Source: Styela clava | Taxonomy: Eukaryota | DNA length: 64,000 nucleotides | Assembly: GCF_964204865.1 (NCBI RefSeq) | Contig: NC_135254.1 | Location: 10,726,001-10,790,000 of the forward strand | Reading direction: 5' to 3' | Part shown: one piece after another, positions 54,367-64,000 of the stretch | How positions within the stretch are numbered: the stretch's first letter is position 1 | Layout: each line of letters begins with the position of its first letter | The notes under the pieces: model-generated | The model's input: the letters and a program-made list of their open reading frames with translations, nothing else | Told to the model about the DNA's origin: nothing | The model's database searches: none | Translations under genes and position numbers: made by a program

Positions 54367-57300
54367 TTAATTGATGTACGGATGTTCTTTTGTTGTGCTA
54401 TTATTCATTTCTTCGTATTGATGATCTCCGTCTTTTATTTTCTCATAATTATGCGGGATTTCATAATTTTCTTCTTTCTCTTCTCTTAACTCATAATTTC
54501 CGGAGTTCAGTTGTGATGTTTGAATTTCATCAAAGTTTTCATAATAACTCGGGACGTCATTAACAACCCTATTCATCTCTGAAAGACGTTGTGGTTGAGT
54601 TGCGATTTTTTGAGAATTCCTTCAGTAAACAAAAAATAAGTTAGAATTAATTAATAAGTAGGATTTTAAATAAGAAACATTGGATTTGTTTTCGGAATTG
54701 CTTCTACCATAGAGGAGTTAGACAAAACAATCGACGAAAATGTTAGAGCCCAGTATTGCAGACATTGTCCCAGACATTGAGATTGCGCATACAGCTGTAT
54801 AAAGAGACACACCTTACTGATTCAATTAAGAGTGAATACTCCAAATTTTCGGAAAATATACACATTTTGTTGTAGTATCGAACATTTCTCACCTCATTTT
54901 TTTGTTTCTACAAATCAGCGAACCAATTCCAAATAGAATGATTGCAAGAATCAATGTGACTATGGATGAAATAATTGCAACCAATAAATTGTCGTGGCCT
55001 GCAATATATTTCAACATATAGTAAGAAGAAGCATAAACGTTAAAAAAATTATCAGCATTGAACACAGGTTAAACATGAGAATCAGAAAGTCAGTGAGCAT
55101 TTTATGTAACCACAAAATAGTAGTTTTAAAAACTCTGATTTTGTGCACTTAAGACTAATGTCTCTTATAATTTGTAAGCTATATAATCTTACCACAAGAA
55201 GTCGTTGTAGTAGTAGTGATTGCACTAGAGGGAAAGAAAATGTTTATCTTCGTAGATTCTGTGTTATTTGCATTGGCAGACAATGTGGAAGTATGTGTCA
55301 TGTCATTGAGAGTTGTAAATTTATGATAAATATTTGTTGTTGTCATTTCAGCAGGCGCCGCGGTGGACGTTGTACTACAGGCAGTGTCTCTTGAACAATT
55401 GGTCGTCTGAAGAAAGTAATTGTGTTTAGCAATTTTTCGATACAATATATGTACGATAATATTTGTATATTCCAACATTTATTTAAATCCGAAGTTTAAT
55501 GGTTGGACGTTCTTCAAAAAGTTAAACAAATTTAAAAATGCTCACAAAAATATTAATTCACACGCTTATGAAAAATAACGTCGGGCGCCCTGAATAAGAA
55601 CTACTAGATATTCACTTTTACGACTGCGGCTTATACGCTGTGAAATAGTAAAAACTATTCACACAACATAGAATGATGATCCTTTTTTTTTGAACCTTTT
55701 AGAAAATCAGAAATTATTAACTTACTACAAATAATGGCATTTTTTTTATTATTTCTTACCTCAAAATTAGAACCAATGCAAATATTGGGCCCCGTTCTTC
55801 CCGAGTCAATGCATGTTCGATTACGTACTTTCATCATTGAGCTGCAGTTACATGTACTCAACGATGACCAGGTTTCCCAGTATCTTCCTGCACAGTGTAA
55901 AGATTTAAAACAAAAGTTTTTTTGCCTGTTTTGATTAGAATGGCTGTATTTTTGTACGTAGTAAATAGGTTTAAACTTAAATAGGAAAAATTGCCAATTG
56001 CTTCTTATTCGCAATAAACCCTTCGAAACTCTACAAATATCGATGACTTGCCCATACACGCCTTCTCAAGCTGTAGTGCAATACGTCCGCAAACATGGTC
56101 GGCGGAGAAAGACGCAAACGATAAGCCATTAAGTGAACCACTCCGTGTCGACGAGAAGTCCAACACTCTTGCACATTGTCACATCCCTCATGAGATTCGA
56201 ACCAGGGGCGACTATACCATTGGGCAAGGTAGGCTAAAGCCTTGAAGCCTCTAACCTCGTAGGCCTTAACAATCAATTTTAAGCTCATATTCACTGTAAA
56301 TCCTTTTTGAATTGTGAAGCCTTCAGAGTTCCAGAATAATGTCACTTTAAAACTTTATATTTTTATTATTCACGGTAATAATTCCAAATATTTACCGATT
56401 GAAAGATTAAAAAATTTGAAATATGGCCGAATAAATGATTTTGTAATAATACATCAACTTGAAATCCCTATTATGTTATATCCCATGGTTTAAATTTGTC
56501 CCAGATTCGAACCTGCATTCCAGCCGATCTAAGTATATTCTCCATTATTGTATTAATGCACTTGTTTTGTCGAATTTACAAGCGGTGACCGGGCTCCTGA
56601 TGCAAATGTCTTTAGATTGTAGTAGGCCCGTGAGAGATGTTACATGATTTTTCTTTTTTTTTACTCAAAGCGTCTCCCTGATAACTCAGATAAACATTCC
56701 TGTTAAAATCTTACGACTTTAGTGTTGGTACTAAGTTGGCGATATAGTTGCACAATGACAGTGAAACTTGAAGCAAACATTATAATAATCATTTATGCAC
56801 TAATATTTAATCAAGAGTAGTTAGTTTTGAACGGAATATTTATGATAGAATTCATAGTCGCACTCACTAGGAATAAAAAAAAATCGTATCTGATTAAAAT
56901 ACGGGCGGTCGCTGAAATGCCAAGTGCCACTGAAATCATACCGTATTTTGTTGGCGCAAAGAGCAACAGCGAATACCTGTTGATGCGATACTTGAAGTTA
57001 TTTAAATTAATGTTATAAAGTTTAAGTAAAATAACGATCAGTAAACATTGGTATGATTTAAATGAACTAAATTAAAGTCAATGGCATTAAAATACATAAA
57101 TAGTTATTTGTATAAAGAAAAAATGACATAATCTACAAATTAAGTAGACTTATTACATTAAAAGTTTGTTACCGATTAATCGTTGACATACAAATTCAGT
57201 TGGTGCATTCGCAGCGCAATCGACGTCATACCACGGTACATTTGCAAAATACGCGTTAAACCACCCCATAGCACCACAAGATTGGGTACTCTCACTAGAA

Positions 57301-57993
57301 GGTTCTCCTGAGTTCCAGTTAGTGTAGGTTAGTTCTGAATTGTCATTCCATATGAAGGTATTACTTGTGCCAACTTCCTTCAATCCAATATAAAATCCAT
57401 AGGGTTGTCCTGTGCACAATAAAATGCCTTATCTTAGGGTAACGTTTTGTCGTGTGTAATATTTATCCAATATGAACATGGCTGATTGGGGCTGTTGAAC
57501 ATAATTGGAAACATGTGCGAACACTTGAATACTGATGAATTAAGAATTCATAAACCAATGTATGGAGATTTCTCGCGCAAATCCCAAAACCCATGAGCAA
57601 AAGATTCTAATGACCATGATGATAAATAACCTTAAGTAAATTCATTCAGGGATTTGAAATAAAAAGTGAAATGTCCTATTTACCTGAGGTAGCTGAGACT
57701 TGATTCTGAATAAACGTTTGAATCTCGCTCGTTTTAATCATTGCCATCTCACCATCATTGTTTTTACAGAATGTTTCACCATCGGCATATGGTTTTATAT
57801 CATCTTTTCCGGATACGTAATATTGGTAACTTCCAAATGCATTCCACTCACCTCTACCTGGTTCGCAAAAATAAAAAGTTTATGAATAAGCAAATAATTT
57901 GAAAGACATGATATATAGTATATACCAACCTGCGTTAACGACAGCAATCATCCAAGGAAATAATCCAATGTATATAAAAAGTTTCTCCTTCAT
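54367..57993 (-). CDS. Receptor A2: SP-CTLD-TSP1-mucin-TM-activating-type tail, ~391 aa
   Basis: Exons 57993-57930, 57857-57684, 57409-57173, 55887-55760, 55406-55193, 54998-54893 (TM), 54619-54367. The ancestral last acceptor is mutated (cag>ctg); an in-frame aag 3 nt downstream is assumed. The tail is 9 aa shorter than in A1. Confidence 0.75.
56035..56245 (-). mobile_element. tRNA-derived SINE-like element (copy of 10655-10865)
   Basis: Reverse-complement match including the B-box GGTTCGAATC. Confidence 0.6.
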
Positions 57994-60359
57994 TTACGCG
58001 GCTAATTATCTATCATTTCTAACTTTCCCCATAACATTACAATTTGAATACAAAAATTGAAATAAAACAAGAATGGTGTGTATTTGCGAGCTGAGAACGT
58101 TTCCATCTTCTTCATCACAAAATTGAGGATACTCAAAATAGTGTTTGATTAGGTTTAAAAACTAACAACAAATTTGTCTATATACCGTGACTCAACGTCC
58201 TGACTGTAAAGGCAGCTATGTTTTCATGCAGCAGAGAACCCTGTGGAAAACTAACTAAATAAACTATCCATGACAACATTAAAACATCAAAAGCTATGAC
58301 CGATTAGATAACTCTACTAAATTTCTTCCAAAGCTAATAATACAATACACGCAAAACTTATGAATGAATGATTTGATTGCCCATAAGTACATTGAATCTA
58401 ATTATTCGAGAATTTTCATTATTATTATCAGTACACTGCGACTAATTATCAAATTTCTAGCCACATTACTTTCAGTATCAGAAGAATGATGCAGCTGAAA
58501 CCCTAATTCGACTCGCCAGGATGAAATCGTAAGCAATATGATCTAACATTTGTAAGATCAGTCAGTTCTTATCTTACAATGCCTAAGCCTAATATGAGTA
58601 ATAAAGGTAATATTTTTATAAATGTAAAAATAAATAAAGATTTTGTGGGGGACAGAATGAAACTTTCTATTACGAGTGGGATATTTCCATAACCTTTTAG
58701 TTACAACGTTTTTGAAATGACTGCAAAGAGAAGATTAAAGATGAATATGCTCCAAAAGACGATACCTATTACAAAGCTAATTAGCAATGTTATCATATTA
58801 TTCAGTCACTTATGTTGATGTTATTTTCGAGCGAACCTTATTCATACAGAAACATAGCGGTATTCTGAAAACTGACAACACTCAGATATAGGTATGTGAA
58901 AAATTATAACAGGGTTGACCTAATACTATTTATTGGAATTTCTAGCGCAAATAAGATGGTTATTATATTGAAAATACATATCTGAATCAGATTTTAATAT
59001 ACGAATTGTTTTCATATGAAATTCTTGATTCTGGTTTCGCCAATCAAATCGATTTATGCGTTTTGGTTTCTACTGCAGAAGCCATACGATAACCATTACT
59101 ATGGCCTTCTTACTACGGAAATGCATGTCGAAAAAAACAACAACGGAAAATGAAGCAGAACGAAGATGGAAATGACACGTACCACAACTATTAGAATAAT
59201 ACATGAATATCATGACAACTTTATAAGCAAAGCCAAGTAAAGCGATGAATATCGTGGACTATACTAGAGTTTTAATCTAATAAAAGTTTAGTAATCTCTT
59301 GTGACCGACTGCTGTGCTATCGTGAATGTCAAAAAAATTATTTAACCATTATTAAAAAAACACTATTTGATATATGTAAAAAAACTATTCATTCATAAAA
59401 TAATAAATCCATGAGTTCAAATCATTTGCGTTTTGTGGAACAAAAAAAAATAATCATAAAATTCCGAAATTTGTGTTGAAATAAATGAACGATTGTTGGT
59501 AAATGAGATGAATTCAGGTTTTAAGTTACACAAAAAAAAATTAAATTATATGTAACAACATGATTTCTCGAATATCATTTTTTTCCTAAGGGGTGTAATT
59601 AGACACTTTTATTTTCCATTGCAGAAATGAGAGTAACATTACTATGATGACTTGTGCAACAAACACTATTTTCTGAGAGTAGAAGTGTGAGCTACATATT
59701 TAGTGACGACTTGTGTTTATTTTGTATGTGTGTGTGATTCGTTCAATCTATTCGATTTTGAGCCAGTTTTGGGGAAGTTTAACGAAATTTGATTCAAAAA
59801 TTACGATTATATATTGTAAACTGTATTTTAGAGATACACTAAGATAACTGTTTACGTACTGACGTTTGCGCAAATGATTCACTGGAATAATTAGTCATAA
59901 AAAATGAACCTTGGTGATCCCCTCGCATATAATTGATCACAGTATAGTTAAATCTGTATTCAAGTTGCATTTGTTTGCATTTTTGTTTATCAGTGCATAT
60001 TATAGCCACCTGTGCTGTATATTTAAAAATATGAAAATTTCGCATTGTGACTAAATATCTCAAACCGAAATTAGTATAGCGATACCAAACAGTGATATGT
60101 AAATGGGGCATTGGAGTATGTATCAAGCGCACGTATTTAACTTATTAGACATATTTTCAATTTCAATAAAATATGAATGAATAATATACTAGTGGCAGAA
60201 GTAACTGAATGCCAAGGATTTATCAATTCTTTGGAACAAGTTTTTTTTTAATGTTTTGGCATTTTCATTATCATTCTGTTTAACATATTTTTCAGAGCAA
60301 TCATCCGCAAAGCATTACAATCTATATTTGAATTTTGTCAGCTTATAGGATTTAGAAGA

Positions 60360-63011
60360 ATGAGAATTGAATCAATATTTTTGTTTATTCTCCTTCAATA
60401 CCCGAGGCATCTGAACGCAGCAGGTATTATTTTATTGTTATGACTTTTTCAGGAAATTTGCTAGAAACAAAGTCATTCATTCAAGGAAAAGGGAGCTTGA
60501 TCACTGATCAATGTTAGTGCAACCACGAAACGCCATCAAGAAATTTTGAGACGTTAAGAGATTGAAGCATAGAATTGAGCGTTGGTTAATACCGATGGGC
60601 ATGAGGCGTAAAACTAACTGAATTTAACGGCTGAAAACTTTTAGAGGGACAATATTCAAAGATTCAAAAGAAAATTTTAAAAGCGGTAACAACGGTTGTC
60701 TGACAATGTGAATGAGTTTAGAAAATATAGGATTACATTACATCTCAAATATTAATTTATTTTGCCAGCATGTCGTGAAACGCCCATGGATCTTGTATTT
60801 GTGCTGGATGGATCGGGTTCCATCAGAGATGAGAATTGGGAGCTTATTAAGTCATGGGTCAAGTTGGTAGCAGAAAATTATGACTTAGGCGGATTAACAC
60901 AGATTGGCATCGTTCAGTTCTCACACTGGTTTCCAAATGAAAGGTAAGCTTAGAAAGATATAATCATTCAACAAATCAACGTCAATAAAGTAAGATTTTC
61001 ATTTTATTCATTTTGTAAGCCGAATTTATAATTTTTCTTTAAATTATTCAAAGCAACTGCTCAATCAATTAAAATTAATTTACCTATAAACAGCTGCCAT
61101 GCCATGAATGATTTTTTTCAAGCGTCAGACCATGAATGTAGCTTCAAAAATTTTCTGACTTAAGTAATGAGCTGTGTTAAATATTGTAAAATTTTTGGAC
61201 ATGTTAGTGGACATAACGATCGTTTCGTTATTATGTTATTGTTGTTCTTGTTGTTCTTTGTCATAGAAAAAAAAATCGTTTTTCTCTTTGATCACTGGAC
61301 CAATCGCTTTGAAATTTAAGTGCCTAATTTTTTGCTAGAAGGCTATTACTTTGATTTATTTTAAATATTCAAGTGAGCTGTATAAAATTCGTTATTTTGT
61401 GTGCTATGACGTCATCAAAGTTTGCTACCATGTGGCGCTACGTTTCCATATATTGAGCATAGCTCTCTTGTTTTAATTACCCAAAAAGTGTTAATTTTAA
61501 ACTTTGCCATTTTGTTGTTCCACTTCGCTTCGTGTTTTCACTGCTTTTATTTGAGTACAGTCAGCATACATTCTTCCAAAATCATTTTCGGCTTTTCTTT
61601 GGGTTTTCGAATCCATTGTCATTCAAACACAAAATATGATAAAATGATTTTCATTTTTTTTAACAGCGCACAGCCATATTTAAAAACTGAAATACAGCTC
61701 GGAAAACTGAAGTCTGAAGCCCAATTCAAGGTAAAATATTCATCGAGCGTTGAATACCGCTGAGAGGGGCAGCGTCACGGTACGATCAGACGAGAGTGCT
61801 TGCTGATAATGTCTCAAGCATGGTAGAATAAAAAGTATTTTTCTATAGATAAAATACAATGGTGAAATTTCGAGTTAGTTATTAGGCGACATGGGTGTCA
61901 AAAAAAAATTGAAAAAAACAGCAATATCATTCGTAAAATCAAAAATACTAAAAACCAAAATTCAGACGGACTTCTTTTTTTTTTTTTTTTTTTTTTTTTT
62001 ATATATTCATTAATAAATAAAACACAATTGATCGGTACATCTACAACAATCACTAATCATGAACAATACACAATTCATCATATAAAATAATCAGTAAATG
62101 TATCATAAAATTTTCCATTTTTGATCAGACGGACTTCGTGTGTACACGAAATGTAGTTTCCCAACAATGCTATTGAGCTAGTGTGAGTCACCTTCTATGC
62201 AGAATAGAATTTAAAGGAAAATTTGTCGTATGATTTATCTTATTAAAAAGATTTGTTCACAAATGTGTGATATTTAAATATATCAAAATGCAATTAGCTT
62301 CAAAATAATAACTTGAACTGAGTATTCCTTAGGCCGCTGTTGACGAAATATCAATTCATGGATTCACAACTTACACTGCACATGCTATCAACAAAACAGT
62401 GAATGAAGATTTCATGAGATCTGATCGTTTTTATGATGCTTCAGTGAAGAAAGTCATTATTTTATTTACAGATGGAAGGTAATATCTTGTGGGAACAATG
62501 TCTGAATACACGTAAAATGCACCTTTGAATCGTATCGTTAACTGTTGTTAATGTTTTTGTTATTATTGTTAATGTTCACGGTTCATGTAATGGTAGTTAG
62601 CAGAGTTCTTTTGATATATCCGTATATTTAGCCCCTTTGTTTTTCAACTTGGGTTTCTGCGCGATATATATTATTTTTATACCATCAAGATATTAGTTGT
62701 TGAAAATCTAAATAAATGTTATTTCAAAGCTGATTACTACTTTATTATTTACCAAATTATTCTAATCTTAGACATCCAAAAATTAAGAAGTAGTATAAAA
62801 CCGTTTTTGTTTTGCTCGATTTATTGAAGGTATGCTCGTGTAACAAGTCTTAAATATGTATGTAGATTGTAGATGGTTATAGATAATTTTTTAAATCTTT
62901 TGAAGATCTACCGACAGAAATGATTTGCTTTCGTCAGCAAAATATGCTCGGTCAAATGGGATTACTATATTTGCAGTTGGTGCTGGAGGTTATGTAATGG
63001 AGGAATTACAG
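60360..63011 (+). CDS. VWA-domain gene paralog, exons 1-5; continues past the window
   Basis: Exons 60360-60423, 60769-60943, 61667-61730, 62333-62478, 62906-63011, all intact and collinear with the 47325 copy. Confidence 0.85.
61975..62124 (-). mobile_element. Short 5'-truncated retroposed insertion with poly(A) tail
   Basis: T26 run at 61975-62000 and a perfect 13-bp TSD tcagacggacttc (61962-61974, 62125-62137). Confidence 0.85.
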
Positions 63012-64000
63012 GTAATCTGAAAAGTTGTAACAAATTGAAATTAGAGAAATTTTTGGTTTCAATATATTATAGCATTTCTACCTTTTGTCTAATCATTATA
63101 TTTCTGTGTATTAAAGATTGTTCATCAACAAGACTGAGAAAGTATAACTAAATTAGTTATCAGGATAAAACTCTTTTTGACTGAGATTGATAAGTAACAA
63201 TGTAGGCTACTGTACTTGTTTAAATGTTGTTTACATATATGAAAACAAGAATACCTATAAGCCATATTTGCATGATAATTTCTTTCTAACAAAATGTCTA
63301 TAATTCTAGCCATTAATTTGTATTCCGTGATTAGATAAGTTAGAACTCTATTAAGTAGTATTTTAAAATATTGAATAGTCATCATAAGCATTGCATGATT
63401 CACCGATAAATTCAACTAATATGCATATGCAATAAATACATGCACGCGATTTACATATAAAACAAGCCGGTAGACGCCCAGAATCTGCACTGATACTTGA
63501 GGCCGGAGGTTCAGGAAAACGTTACCACACATGCAAAATAACAGATCTATAACGACAGTGTACTGCGGAACTGCCAGTTCATTTGAACGATGCGCGGCTC
63601 TTCAGCATCTCAGCTTTGGCGGTTTTCTGTGTTTAATTGTCAAAACATATTTACTTGTATTCCAAACTCCTGAGGTTTCCCCAGTTGTAAAGTATCGAAA
63701 TTAAATTACGAAATATTCTTCTACAGCAACATCCAGCAACATCAATTTTAAGTGCATTTACTTTCAATCGTTTGATATTAGAGCATTTTGTGCTCTTTGC
63801 AAACGATTGCGGGAGTGCTAGCATAACACACTGCACTTTATGAGTGATTGTCTGTGTTTTCTCGTTTGCAATGAATTTTTCTTTAGGAATATTGACTAGT
63901 GACGCTATGCTTCGCGTCTTTTGCCACCAATCACGTGTTGCCTGTGCTTGAAAATATACAGCGCTAGGATCGAGGGAAGGGACGTGCCAAACTTCTCTGC

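Noticed and set aside
4289-57993. Naming these as known genes (macrophage mannose receptor, selectins, Botryllus fester/FcoR)
   Set aside because: The domain content differs (no ricin/FN2, EGF or CCP domains seen). The similarity is analogy only, so no gene symbol is given.
1-64000. Prokaryotic systems (CRISPR array, operon, defence island)
   Set aside because: Spliced genes, microsatellites and MITEs show eukaryotic DNA. No regularly spaced repeat-spacer array was seen.

Overview
This is AT-rich, intron-rich animal genomic DNA, not prokaryotic. A tunicate or other invertebrate deuterostome is plausible, but that is inference only. Nearly all ORFs in the supplied track are exon fragments or noise, so I rebuilt gene models by hand from GT-AG sites and exon phases. 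The window is a tandemly duplicated cluster of two interleaved families. (1) Minus-strand type I membrane receptors: signal peptide, (C-type lectin + thrombospondin-1) modules, Thr-rich mucin stalk, TM, and a Tyr-rich tail. Their N-terminal lectin domains are nearly identical, but the tails are unrelated. Class A (4289-14535; 54367-57993) has YEEI-x6-YEEM, YxxP and YxN activating-type motifs. Class I (20574-24925; 38126-44906) has ITIM/ITSM motifs (VVYETV, VTYATV, TQYAVV). A third, decayed class (15.8-16.7 kb; 31.7-35.6 kb) and a truncated pseudogene (29.6-30.4 kb) are also present. (2) Plus-strand signal peptide-VWA (intact MIDAS)-FN3-like genes lying head-to-head with the receptors (47325-52393, 60360 onward, a truncated copy at 27279, and a 3' end at position 1). 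Overall the locus resembles an invertebrate paired activating/inhibitory receptor complex under birth-and-death evolution. It shows variation concentrated in the predicted binding loops, exon-module shuffling, chimeric paralogs, a duplicated signalling exon, a 1.6-kb foldback element at a deletion junction, and many MITE/SINE insertions. All functional assignments are inferred from motifs; no expression or database evidence was available.
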